Below, in pieces: positions 37,757-50,799 of a stretch of DNA of 64,000 nucleotides; positions within the stretch are counted from its first letter, which is position 1; each line of letters starts with the position of its first letter. Under the pieces are notes generated by a model that searched no databases, was not told where the DNA came from, and saw nothing but the letters and a program-made list of their open reading frames with translations. The stretch is from assembly GCF_001194135.2 (NCBI RefSeq), contig NC_068983.1, positions 90,101,844 to 90,165,843 on the forward strand, given 5' to 3'. The translations under genes were made by a program, and so were the position numbers. This DNA is from Octopus bimaculoides (lineage: Eukaryota).

Positions 37757-40700
37757 TCATCATCATCATCGTTTAATGTCCGTTTTCCATGCTAGCATGG
37801 GTTGGACGATTTGACTGAGGACTGGTGAACCGGATGGCTGCACCAGGCTCCAATCTGATCTGGCAGAGTTTCTACAGCTGGATGCCCTTCCTAACGCCAA
37901 CCACTCCGAGTGTAGTGGGTGCTTTTACGTGCCATCGGCACGAAGGCCACTCACACGGTACTGGCACTGGCCATGCTCAAAATGGTGTTTTTTACGTGCC
38001 ACCTGCACAGGAGCCAGTTCAACGGCACTGGCAACAACCTCGCTCGAATGATTTTTTAACGTGCTGTTTGTGCTCCACTGGCACAGGTGCCATTCATTGA
38101 ATATGGTTCAATTACGATTTTGATTTCACTTGCCCCAACAGGTCTTCGCAAGCAGAGTTTAGTGTCCAATGAAGGAGAGATTGGCATGGGTGCCAGTCAT
38201 CGAATTTGGTTCAATTTTGATTTCAAATTCACTTGCCTCAACAGGTCTTCGCAAGCAGAGTTTAGTGTCCAATGAAGTAAAGATATGAATAAGTGAGCTG
38301 GCTACACTTCTGGCAGAGGCCACAGATTATGCTCTCATAGGTTTGCCAGGTCTTCTCATGTACTGCATATTTCCAAAGGTCCTGGTCACTTGTCATTGCC
38401 TCGGTAAGGCCTAAAGTTCGAAGCTCATGCTTCACCAACTCATCCCAGGTCTTCCTGGGTCTACCTCTTCCACAGGTTTCCTCAACCATTAGGGTGTGGC
38501 ACTTTTCACACAGCTATCCTCATCCATTCTTGCCACATGCCCATACCAGCGCAATCATCTCTCTTGCACACCACAACTGATGCTTCTTAAGTCTAACTTT
38601 TCTCTCAAGGTACTTATACTCTGTTGAGTATGCACACTGACATTACACATCCATCAGAGCATACTGGCTTCATTTCTTGCGAGCTTACGCATGTCCTCAG
38701 CAGTCACAGCCCATGTTTCACTGCCATGTAGCATGGCGGTTCGTACACATGCGTCATACAGTCTGCCTTTTACTCTGAGTGAAAGGCCCTTTGTTGCCAG
38801 CAGAGGTAAGAGCTCTCTGAACTTTGCTGAGGCTATTCTTATTTTAGCAGCTACACTTTCAGCGCACCCTCCCCCACTACAAACTTGGTCACCTAGGTAG
38901 CGGAAGCTATCAACTACTTCTAGTTTTTCTCCCTGGAATGTGGCAAAGGTTGTTTTCTGCACATTTTCAGTGTTTATTGCTCCTGAGCATCTGCCACATA
39001 CAAAAACTATCTTGCTAGTTAGCCTTCCTTTGATATTGCTGCACCTCCTATGTGTCCATTGCTTATACTGGGTACATCTTATGGAGTTTCTACCTACGCC
39101 TTTTCTACAGATCGAGCAGGGCCATCTACCTGAAGGGGTTTGTGTTTTGTCTACCTTCCTACTTATTAGGACTTTGGTTTTAGTTAGGTTGACACTTAGG
39201 CCCTTCGATTCTAGTCCTTGCTTCCATACCTGAAACTTCTCTAGTTCTGATAGTGACTCAGCAGTTAGAGCAAGGTCATCAGCATAGAGGAGCTCCCATG
39301 GGCAATCTGTCTCGAATTCCTCTGTTATAGCCTGGAGAGCTATAAACAGGAGGGGGCTGAGCACTGAACCTTGGTGAGCCCCTACCTCTACCCGGAATTC
39401 TTCACTGTACTCCTTGCCAACACTCACCTTACTGACAGCCTCCCTGTACATGGCTCACACAGCTCTCACTAACCATTCTTCTATCCTTAGTTTCCTCATT
39501 GACCACCAGATAAGGGATTGGGGGACCCTGTCAAAGGTTTTCTCCATGTCAACAAAAGCCAAGTACAGAGGTTTATCTTTGGCTAGGTATTTCTCCTGCA
39601 GCTGTCTTACCAGAAATATAGCATCAGTGGTGCTTTTCCCTGGAATGAACCCAAACTGCATCTCATCTCAACTGACTCTCTCCCTAATTAGTTGGGCTAT
39701 GACCCTCTCAGTGACCTTCATTACCTGGTCCAACAACTTGATACCTCTGTAATTGTTTGTATCTAAAGCGTCACCTTTACCTTTGTAGGAGTTGACTATG
39801 GTGCTGCTACACCAGTCATTGGGTATGACTCCTTCGTGTATCACCTGGTTAAGAATACGGGTGACTAGGCTATAGCCGACACTGCCAAATATTTTGAGCA
39901 CCTCTGCAGTGATTCCTGATGGGCCAGTGGCTTTCCCTGTGTGCATACTCTTGATCGCTTTATCTACCAAGGTACTGTCAATTAGGATAGCTGGTCCCTC
40001 TGTTGGGTTAACATACGGCAGACTCTCTTTCTCCCATTCATTCTCTTTATTAAGCAACCTTTCATAGTGGCGTCTCGAAACCTCTCTCTTTGCAGCCTCA
40101 TTTAGTGCAAGTGAGCCATCATCCATGCGGACACATTTCTTTCCTACGACATTCTCTCTCACTCACTGTCTTGCAACATGAAATACCTCTTGGTCCTCAT
40201 GGCGCAGAACATTGGCAAATTTTTTCTTATCTGCTTCCCCTCTGGCTAAGTAAACCTGTCTCCTAGCTTTCCTTCTGGCAGTCTGATACAATTCCCTGCT
40301 ACCTCCGTTCTTCCAATCCTTCCAAGCCTGTTTCTTTTGTCTAATAGCCCTGTGAATCACATTGTTCCACCACCACATTACTTCGGGTCGAGAGGGGACT
40401 TTGCACGAACAACAGATCTGGTCGGTGGCTCTCTGCAGGTTGTCCGGTAGAAACCTCCAATTGTCTTCTACTTTGTGTGATGCTATATCCCCTTCTATTT
40501 TGTCAAATGCTTCGAGTAAGACATTTCTAAATCTCTGTCCATTTGCAGGATCTTTAAGCTTCCAGACCCTTCTCCTCCAAGCTGGTCTACTTCTGGGCAT
40601 CCATTTAGCCTTGATCCCGAAGTCGCTAACTACTAATCTGTGTTGAGGGGTACATTCTTCGCCTGGGAAGGTTTTGGCATTTATAAGAAGTCCTCTTTCC

Positions 40701-41690
40701 CTATTTCTGGCGAGGATTTAGTCAATTTGGCTAGTGTGTCTTCCGGAACGGTAGGTGACTAGGTGACAGGCAGGTTTCCTGAAGTTAGTATTGCAAACCA
40801 AAAGATCATTTGCATCACAGAACTCCAGCAGTCTGGTTCCCTCCTCATTGCAGGAACCAAAGCCATAGCCTCCATGTACGCCATGGAAGTCCCCTGCATG
40901 TTGTCCAACATGTCCTTTGAAATCACCAACCACAAAGAGAAGGTCCCTGTCATTCGTCAATGAGGTAGTTTGCAACAGGGTGTCATAGAATTGGTCTTTC
41001 AGCCCATCCGGTAGCCCCGGTTGAGGGGCATAGGCCAAGATGGTGGTAGCTAACCTATGGCGAAACACTAGTCTAATCTTAAGTACTCTGTCACAAACTA
41101 TGACTACCTCGATTACCTTATCAACCCATCTCTCTGCAAGAAGTATTCCCATGCCTCCCGACCCCATCAGTGTTCCCTGCCCAGAAAATCTTGTACTTGT
41201 GTTCTTTCCCTGTGAGGAACCTAGCAGAACCTCCTCTCCACCTTACTTCTTGGATGCAACACAAATCTACGTGTCTCCGTTCAAGCAACTCAACAATCTC
41301 ACCAGACCTACCTTTTAGTGTACCGATGTTGAAAGTGCCAATTCTGACGGTGTGGGAGGTGTGGACCTGTGAGACCCTGGGATGATGGACAGCAGTGTCC
41401 TGTGCCTGAAAAGAAGGCTTGCATTTGGCAGAATTCATAAACAAACAATGCCTACAACCTGCATACACTACACCATCTTTATGCGCTATATGATCGGTAA
41501 AACCCTGGGTAGGGGAGGGATGGCATTAGGCCCTTAGAAGTGTTCGTGGGAGACAACCAAGGATAACAGAGGATAAGAACTTCCGGTACTGGTGGGGTGG
41601 GGGAGGAGTATACCACGAGCCAGTAAGTTTAAAGCGAGAGCCACTTCTGCATTTTTATACTATGGTTGACAAATTTAGTGAGAATGAGTT
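37757..41690 (-). mobile_element. Near full-length RTE LINE (copy B) with 5'UTR, disrupted ORF, long modular 3'UTR and (ATG)n tail
   Basis: IGTFNIGTLKGRSGE, VGDFKGHVG, NYRGIKLLD, GAHQGSVLSPLLF, LLYADDLAL, GSETWAV, GRGRPRKTW; the 3'UTR at about 37757-38330 ends in GAT repeats. Confidence 0.95.
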
Positions 41691-42386
41691 AAAGAAATGA
41701 TGAACTTGAATAAAGTAAAGTAAAATAAATAAATAAATAAAGCGTGGTGATTAAAGGAATGCATGAATTTAAGACAAACAGGGAGACGAATCAAACAGGC
41801 GATGTTTACATGATCTACGCTGAAAACAGGAGTATATGAAAGGTTGAAAGAAAAGCTCTTATATATTCATCTTCTGGATTTCATATTCTGTCAGCAGAGG
41901 AATTCGAACTTGATTAGGAGAAAGTAGAATATTACTGGCCATAGCTGGAATGCTAGGTCTGTTCTGTTGGGAGTGACCTGAGAATAGACAACAATATGAG
42001 ATGTTACTGTCAGTCTCTGCTATGCTTCTGAATTTACATGCTCTGTATCTTTCCCTTTTAACTCTATCATTTTCAGCTGGGCTACTGAAGTCATGACACT
42101 ATCATTTTCAACTGGGCTACTGGAGCCATGACTCCAAATTTAAATCCAACAATTGTGTTCTTGTGCAAAATAGTTAATGCACTTTCAGTCTGCCTGGATG
42201 CTAATAGTTTCTACTCATATGTTGTAATTGTATGGTTAGTGGTGAGAAAGGAATTCAACTAGAAAAATATTTGCTGCAATAATAACCATATTGCTAAAAT
42301 TGCTAAGAACTACTCTAATATTGCCAGCATAGATATAAAATGGATTAAAACATTAAAAGAAATACAGAGCACTTAAAATCTATGTA

Positions 42387-43499
42387 CAGGGTATCCCAAA
42401 ACTTAGGCGACCAACTTTTTTCAATTTTACTAAAGTAAAATATTGTTATATTTCAGGTTCAAGTGTTGCAATGCAACGGTAAAGGAAACACAATTATGAC
42501 ACTACCACATTTATTCAATGTGATCACCTCTGTCTCAAATTACAGTCTAGGTGCAAATTCTTCACATATGGCATGCAGCTGTTCTTGCAGAATCATTTCT
42601 GGTGTGCCTTCAGAGCTTTGAGCAAAGCATGAGGAGTGCTTAAGACCCTCGTCTCCAAAATGGATCAAACAGAAAAATTCAATGGGTTGAGATTTGGGCT
42701 TCTTGAGGGCCATACATCCTTGCCTATGAATGACAGACTATTTTCCCAAATTCAGTGTTGTGTCTGTTTGGAGTTGTGGGATGGTGCCAAATCCTGTTGG
42801 AGGCTCCAAATTGCACCTTGAAAGTGCTCATTTGCCTATGGAAGCAGTATGAGTCTACCTTCGATGGAGCCAGATACACTCCAAAGTTGGTCATTCTTGT
42901 TATTTACTGTCTGTTTGATGTCAAATTTCTTTCCATCAGTGATCACCAGGTTGGGCAGTGTCTTCAGCAATCTGATGCAGGATAAGTTGACTTCTCTCCA
43001 GTCTCATAGCCTTATAAATTTGCATGAACTCATGACAGTGGATCATCTTGGAGGAGTGGGTCCTGAGATTTTCCTTCAGCACTTGATACATCAATGTTCA
43101 ACTTATTTTTGCTGTGGTAGCCAGTTTTCTGACAGAACAATGAGGCTTTCACCATATCTTTTCTCCAATACTTTTGATAAGCTGAGGGGTCCACACACTT
43201 CTTTTTTGGCTATGTCCAGGTCGATCAGTGGTGGAACCAGTCTCTTAAAATTTCTTGTCAATTTTCCAGACTGTTATTCAGTTAAGCATTTTTGCTATAG
43301 CTGTATTACTCTTGCCTCTTTCGTGGAGGGTTATGATTATATTTTGGTCTATAACCATTATCTTTATTAATCTGAATTTATTTAGTCTGAAACGAAAAGA
43401 AAACACTTTTATGATGTATAAATTTGATATGATGTATAATTTTCATATCTTACCACATTTATTGATAGTTATTAAAGCCTGAAACTTGAGAATACCCTG
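42387..43499 (-). mobile_element. maT-type (DD37D) Tc1/mariner element, decayed
   Basis: TIRs CAGGGTATCCCAAAACTTAGG / CAGGGTATTCTCAAGTTTCAGG with TA flanks. QQDLAPSH...WPSRSPNLNPLNF has 37 residues between D and the third-Asp position (now N). Confidence 0.88.
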
Positions 43500-43916
43500 T
43501 AGTTCAGTTCTAGACTCCTCCTTCCAACATTTATTGAACACTTGTCTTCATATCCTTGTCATTAAACTTGTATTCTATTTGTTATTCTGTGCATTATTAT
43601 TTAATGCTGCCAGATTCCTGTTAACCTTTCGTTAATATATTTCTAACCAATATACCCCTTGTGTGTTTCAATTAAATTCGAAAATAATAAAATAATCATG
43701 AATTTAGACTGGTTTCATAAAACAACTCTAACTTTTTATTTATCAATATACTAATATGATTTTGGAATGCAATTTAACAAAAGGCTCTTAACCAAATGTT
43801 TCATAAGTTTTAACTCAAAGCAAATCTTATGAAACAGTTTTGATTCAAAGTAATCTAATTACTTGTAAATACAGGTAAATTCAACAAAATGTAGATAATT
43901 AAAATTTTGTTTAAAC

Positions 43917-46900
43917 AGCATCATCCAGTGTTTTGAGTCCGGGTTTTTACCCTGTTAATGGGGTGGCTGGATCTATCTCAGTGCCATAGCAACTACCCTC
44001 ACACCATCTTGCCCAGTTTTGGGCATCCTCCTATTACAAACCAACCCTCCCAATTTCCTCCTCCACCTGTCCCCTCCACCTTTTCCTCACTCTGCCTCAT
44101 TTTTGCGCTCCATTTACCTCAAATGCAATCACCCTCCTCAGAACATGCTCTTCATCACTCCTCAACACATGTCCATACCACCTCACTCCATTCGCCCTTG
44201 CCAACCATTCCACTGATTCCTCCAACCCTAGCATTCCCATCAAATCCTCAGTCCTCTTTTTATCAAACAGCTTCACTCCACACATTTCTCTCACCATTGC
44301 TCTCTCAGTCCTTCTCAAAATTACCATCTCTCTCTCACTCAGACACCATACCTCACTCCCATACAGCATTGCAGCTCTCACACAACTCTTATAGGCTCTT
44401 CCTTTCATCTTTAATGAGAACCTTTTCCCATATAATAACGCTCCACATTCCCTGAACTTCACCTAGTCAAATCTCCATCTTGCTGTCACAGCTGCTTCAC
44501 ATCCCTCACTTACATTCACTCCCAGATAACAAAACCCTCTCACTGTTTCCACCTCGTTACATAGCGCTTCCACTGGTTCTGCTGGCCCTCCAGCTCCTAT
44601 CTCACATCTTCCACAAACAAACTCTCTCACCAGTCTTGGGATCACCTTCTTCATTTTCGTATATCTACCATGAATCCATTTCTCACATCTCGTACACAGC
44701 ACCACATTTGTCATTACTCTCCTTTCATATACACCACATGGATCCACCTTACTCACTAACACTTCTCTTCCCACCCCACTCACCATCACCTTTGTCTTCC
44801 TGAGGTTTACCTTCAAATCCTTGCTTTCAAATGCCTCCTTCCATTTCTAAAACTTCTCCCTCAATCCCTCCATCGTTTCACTCATCAGAACAAGGTCATC
44901 CACATACAGTATCTCCATTATCAATCCCTCTTTTGCACTTTCTGTCACCACATCAACCACTATTGCAAACAACAACAGTGACAACACAAATTCCTGATGC
45001 ACACCAACTTTCACTGCAAACTCCTCTGACAGCTCTGACCCAATTCTAACTCTTGTCTTTACCCCTTCATACAAACTCATGCAATGAACATTGCATCTAT
45101 TGTCCCCTTCCTAGCATAAAACCAAATCGCATCTTGTCCTAATCCCCCCACTTCCTAATTGTCCTCTCCAACACCCTTCTCACTATTTTCATTGCATGCT
45201 CCAATAACTTCACTCTTCTATGCACCTCACAGCTCATCGCATCCCCCTTCCCCTTGAAGATCTGTACCACTACACTTAGTGCCCAATCATCTGGCATTCG
45301 TCTTCCGTCAAGCACACCCTGGCAGAGTTCCATCATCACAACAATCCCTATCTCTCTGCTTGCATTTATCATGTCCACACTTACTTCTGATGGACCAGCT
45401 GCCTTTCTTGTTTTCATTTCCTTCGCAACCTCTACTACTTCCTGACTAACCTTCTCCACTGGCCCCTCCACTACAACTTCCATCCTCTGATCCCATTCAT
45501 TCTCTTCGATCATAATTCCCTCCATATGCTCCTTCCAAACTCTTCCCCTGTCCTCACTAAAATTCAACCTTCCATCACTCCCCCTCACGCATCTTCCTCC
45601 CTCAACATCTCTTCCATCTTTTTTCATTGATTTAATAAACCTAAATACTCCATCTGGGTTCTCATCCAGCCTGCTCAACCTCTCCTCAGCCTCCTTCCTC
45701 ATAGATCTCACAACCATCCTCTTTGCATGATTCTTCATGTTATTATACCTGGCTTTCATTTGCTCAGTCCTATTATTACATAAAACTTTGTACGCCTCCT
45801 TCTTCCTCGCTATCGCATCCCTCACCTCCTTGTTCCACCACCATATATCTCTTCGATCTCTTCTACCTTTCATCCTTCCACACACTTCATTACATGCCTT
45901 TAGTACCCTTTCTTTAAAAGACTTCCACAAATCCGGTGCATGAATGCTTACCAACTCCCCAATTCTCTCCTCAAACTTTGCTCTTGTTTCTTCTTCCTTC
46001 AGTTTCCACACCTTTCTCGTCTCAGCTGTTCCCTTTCTCGTCTCAACTGTTCCCTTTCTCGTCTCAACTGTTCCCTTTCTCGTCTCAACTGTTCCCTTTC
46101 TCACACACTTTTTAACTTTCTTCTAATCCCAGGCAGCAACCCCCAACCTATGCTGCGACTCTCCTGGTATTGTTTTCACATCTCTCAGATGCTTTCTGTT
46201 TTTCCTGCCAACCAACACGATGTCAATCTCTGTCTCATTCTTTCCTGCACTGAAAGTCACCTTCCTTTTTTTCTGTTTTCCTAAACCGCATGTTCACTGC
46301 ACACAACTCTTTCTCATCACAAAACTCCAACAGCATCCTTCCTTCTACATTTCTCTCCCCAATTCCGTTTCCCCCATTCACACCCTCAAAGCCCTGGATC
46401 CATTTCCTAACATATCCATTAAAATCTCCCATGCCCAAATCCACCTCATAAAGTCCCACTTATTCATCACTTCATCGAAGAACCACTCTTTTTCAGCGAT
46501 CCCTCTTCCACTTTGCGGGCCATACCCACAAATCACCCTCACCACTTCTTCCTCAAATGCTAACACCACTGTCATCACTCTGTCACTCTTTCTCCTGACC
46601 TCCACCACCTTTTCACAGATTTCTTCCTTCACCAAAACTCCTACACTTCCATTCCCCTTGCTATTTCCCCGACTACCACGACTTGTACTTTCTTCCCTTG
46701 ACCCCAACAAATCTTGCACCATGGCCCCTCCACCTAGCCTCCTGCACACAGTACACATACCTTCCTCTTCCTCAATTTCTCACATACTTCAGTTCCCCTT
46801 CCATGCAGACTGCCTACATTCCAACTTCCCAACCTCACCCGAAGCTTCTCCTCAGGTCTTCAGCCATCATAAGGCAAGTCATGCTTGCATAACCCAGGAT

Positions 46901-47090
46901 GGGGGTTTGCACCTTCCTTTTTGAGGTAAGCAGGTGCAGCCCACCCCAACCTTTGGGCTGGCTGGTGCTCATTCTCCTTTGCTATCCTGAGGCTTTCTTG
47001 GAGATGGATTTTCTACAGGGAGCATGCCCTTGCTTACCTCCAACCTCAGTTTCTAGGCATGAGTAGCCCAAGACCAAGGCTTCTACCACA
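43917..47090 (-). mobile_element. Near full-length RTE LINE of a second family, disrupted
   Basis: WNVGSLHG, CGYGPQSG, MGDFNGYV, KAAGPSEV, GVHQEFVLSLLLF, LYVDDLVL, LYGSEVW, RWYGHVLR; short GATGATG tail near 43920. Confidence 0.93.
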
Positions 47091-50000
47091 ATTTTTAAGA
47101 AATCTGGTGGAGAAACATCAGCTCAGAAAATGAGCTATTAGCTAATATTCACTGAGTATATAACAGAGAATATAATAGAGAAGAATTGTGCAAATTCTGA
47201 TATTATCTATCAGTTGAACTTGATGCATATAAGACAGGTTTACTATAAAGATAAAACAGAATGAAATACTGAAATTTGTCTTGGAGAAAACTAAGAAATA
47301 GTACATAGATACACAGAAACACATATGATAATGATTCACGGGCCAAATTAATCAAAATTTGTCACACACCTTACAGGTAAATTAAAATTATAGGTAAAAA
47401 AATAAAAATGTTCTGAAAAAAAATTTATAGATCAAATTCACACACACACAATATTCCTAAAAATCCTTGAATTTCTAACTTACTTCCAAGTATGTGGGTA
47501 ACCTAAACTCTCTAGCATTTAAACTGCCATATCCAGCCCAAATATGCCTCCTGTTTTATGTTGAAACTGGCCAGATCTAGTCTCTCACACCTACCCTAAA
47601 ATGTCATTCAAATCTCAAAGCTATGAGACAATACATGATTAATTTAAAACAGTATGAATAAAAAAACTTTACATTTGGCAGAGTAATTCGAATGCTAAAG
47701 GGTTAAACTATTTTCCCCCTCTTTGTTTACGTTCTGTGTAATGATTCGTTTCCACAGTAATCACTTCAAAGGAAATATAAAAAAAAATTGTCTAATAGTT
47801 TCATTTCCTTGCAAAGACTCTGACTAGGTCTAATGTTTTCATAAAAATAACTAAGAAAAACAGTTTTTAAATTCTTACTGTATTCAGGTGCAAATTTTTT
47901 TTTTTTTAAATTATTATTATCAGAACTATTGTCAGAATTGTTTCACTTTCAGAAAAAGAAATACCTAATTCATAATCACACACATGGTTTTTATGTTTAT
48001 ATTTTCTTAGGTTTTTCTATGTCTTCTTTCAAAAATACTTGAATTCAAACTTGTTGCTTGACAACATGAAACTGGTATCCATTTTGCATCCATTGTGAAA
48101 CATTTCAGTAAATCAAAGTGGCAAAAAATATTTTTTTAAAATCTCCAAAGATTCACCTCACTTAGATATCATGTACAATGATTGTGGACTGTGTAACTCA
48201 ATTGTTTACATAGTGAAACCACATGTTTTCATGAATGTACTGATGAGATTTGCATTGAAATTTTCATTAAAATACAAAATAGTTTGTTTCAAACAGGTAC
48301 AGCTGGTTTGGTAACAAAAGATTTAAATATTCTTGACATAAATTTTTTTCTCCTACCCAACAATCATAATGTTTTATTTTCTAATTATCACTTCTGTATT
48401 GGACATCATTTTTGTTCTTATAGGCCCTCTTCTGACTGATCTCTGTGTCTCTCTCACTCCAAAGGTAGACATTCCTTGTGTTTTATTAAGCCATATTTCT
48501 TTTGACTACATTCAATGATTGTGGAAATTCTGGGCCAATATAGGGGATACTAAAATGTCAATGTCTCCATCTTGTTCTTGCTAAGGAAATCCAATGTTTA
48601 GCCTCTAGCTTGACTGCAAGAACTTTTGAAAGGAAGACAAGTATTTAGTCTTACCTCATTAGAGGCATAATTTGAATTTAGTCAAGGTTTACAAGAAACC
48701 CAAAAGGTAGTGAGGTCATTTTTGCAGAGCTGGAGGCCAGGAGACCTAATCTGAATGATTGAGCAGATTATGATCAAAGGTATCGTAGCCATAACCATCT
48801 CATATTTTTTCTTTGCTAGGACAAAATTATCCAGTGTGTCCTTCCTTTTAAGATGGTAGAGTGTGATCTGAAGATTTGGTTGCTACTTCTAGTAAATTAA
48901 GTGCCTACAGAGAGTTGTCCTCATTGGCTTATAGCAAAATGTGTTTAATGCAACTGTGAAGTGAAGCAGCTGTCTGAGGTATGAGGTTATCATATCAAGT
49001 GTAAGATGACAATTTCTGTTTTAGGGTCCACATTCATGACCTTTGCAGGGTGTGTCTGATGTGAAACCACCCAAATCTATTGTGTGAAATACTGTATATA
49101 AAGTGAGGCCAATATGTTTAACACTTAACGTGATATGTGTATAGCATACACTCAAGTGAAATTCCTCTCCCCTTTATATGTACATACATTTGAACATAGC
49201 AAATAACAGCTAACCGTTGGCCACTATTTAGACCTCGTTGCATCCACTACTCTGATTGGTTAGTATTAGCGCAATTTCTCTCTTACTCTATCGTGCCAAT
49301 ATGCAGCGTATAACCAATTGGAGCCCATAAATAAGATTACATGAAACAGCCTGTTCTCAACCCTGTTGAGCCTACTGTTCCGTGTAAAAATTCACCTTCT
49401 CCTTGTCTTGAAGTCTTTGATTCCAGACCTTTTAAAGTCTAGCCACTGACCACACAAGACACACAGTCAGATCCAGCAGCAATACCACATGTCCAGGTTT
49501 CAACACAGCACTGTTTATGAATTTCTTCATTCTGGATCAACAGCAAAGATACAACTTGCAAGCCAGACGACAACACCCATCCAGCAGCATTATGGCAATC
49601 TCTTTCTTCATCACTACCATCTTCTTAACGATGTCAACAACATCTCCACGTACACAACAACCAGCAGCACTGCACAGGTTCTAACATAGCACTGTTCAGG
49701 AATTACTTCACCATGGTTAACATGGTTAGCAAGTATACAACCTGTGAGAAATTCTGTACAAGTGACCCAGGCAGCAGCGTTACAGCCACAACTTCGTACG
49801 ACATGTACTGCACCAGCTCTACATCATTGCCTCAACTTCTTGTTGCAGTATTTCAATCACCGTGTACAATTGACTATGAACTGGTATTTCTTATTCTTGT
49901 GTCTATGAACATTTGTCTTAACTTCTCATTATAGACTCTTTCACTTTCTCCTTCATTGTTATTCTTATATGTAGCACACACACACATACATGCCTATACA

Positions 50001-50799
50001 CACATACACTTTGTTCTCATGATGGCCTGTCTATTATTCTGTATACATGATGCGCACACAGACACACATGTTAAGCTATCAATAAAACTTCTCTCTAAAC
50101 CTTCTACTTGGTTGTGTCTCTCTTTCCCCCACTGGCACGTATGCATTATTCCAGCCTTTTGAATAGAGTTATTATTAGATGGTTTCACCACACTACCACA
50201 CTACCATGTGCTTGCTTGAAGTTAATATTTTTAACATTTACAATGAAGTGCCTTTAAAAATTTTAACATTGCTCAAATATCTGTAATGTTGTGCAGAAAT
50301 AGGCTTGTATATAATCAACACAATATAATCAACACAAACCTAGAATTGCCGATATTTGAAATAAAGAATGGTGATGTTAACCAAAGTATAATCCAGTGAA
50401 GTTATCTTGTCAAGAGAGACAAATATGATTATCTACATGTGAATATGATATTCACTTGTATGACCATTGCCTTAAATTACATCCAAAAGCATAGAATTTC
50501 TATCATTTCACTCTGCTCTACTATTACAAATCTCTGTTTCTCTAAATTACCTAGTTGCATATTTGTTCTATCCAGGCTTGTTAGACATATCTGTTACCTT
50601 GTTTCACATTGAACATGATTCTTACTCTCCTGAACACCATCCTTCAAAAACCCCTTTCCAATATTTTATGTTAAATTTCTATCCATATGCTTCAGCTTTG
50701 TATCTAGACTGAGATAAGTCTTCATGCAAACAACCTCTCTAGTGCCAGTGACAAGCTCAAATAGACACAGTCCATATGTCAAATGGCTGGCTATAGGAA

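Noticed and set aside
41470-41690. HDV-like ribozyme or G-quadruplex in the RTE 5'UTR
   Set aside because: I could not build the nested double pseudoknot by eye, and the G-tracts are only three to four and irregular. It needs an RNArobo or Infernal search.
42064-42135. 36-bp tandem duplication (also 20-bp at about 58725 and 14-bp at about 50330)
   Set aside because: Ordinary slippage duplications with no further structure.
42849-43370. 173-aa plus-strand ORF
   Set aside because: Antisense shadow of the maT transposase; likewise the long plus-strand ORFs at 43.9-46.9 kb shadow the RTE.
48238-48280. CTGATGA...GAAA hammerhead-like spacing
   Set aside because: Stem I cannot form, and there is no Penelope-like context.
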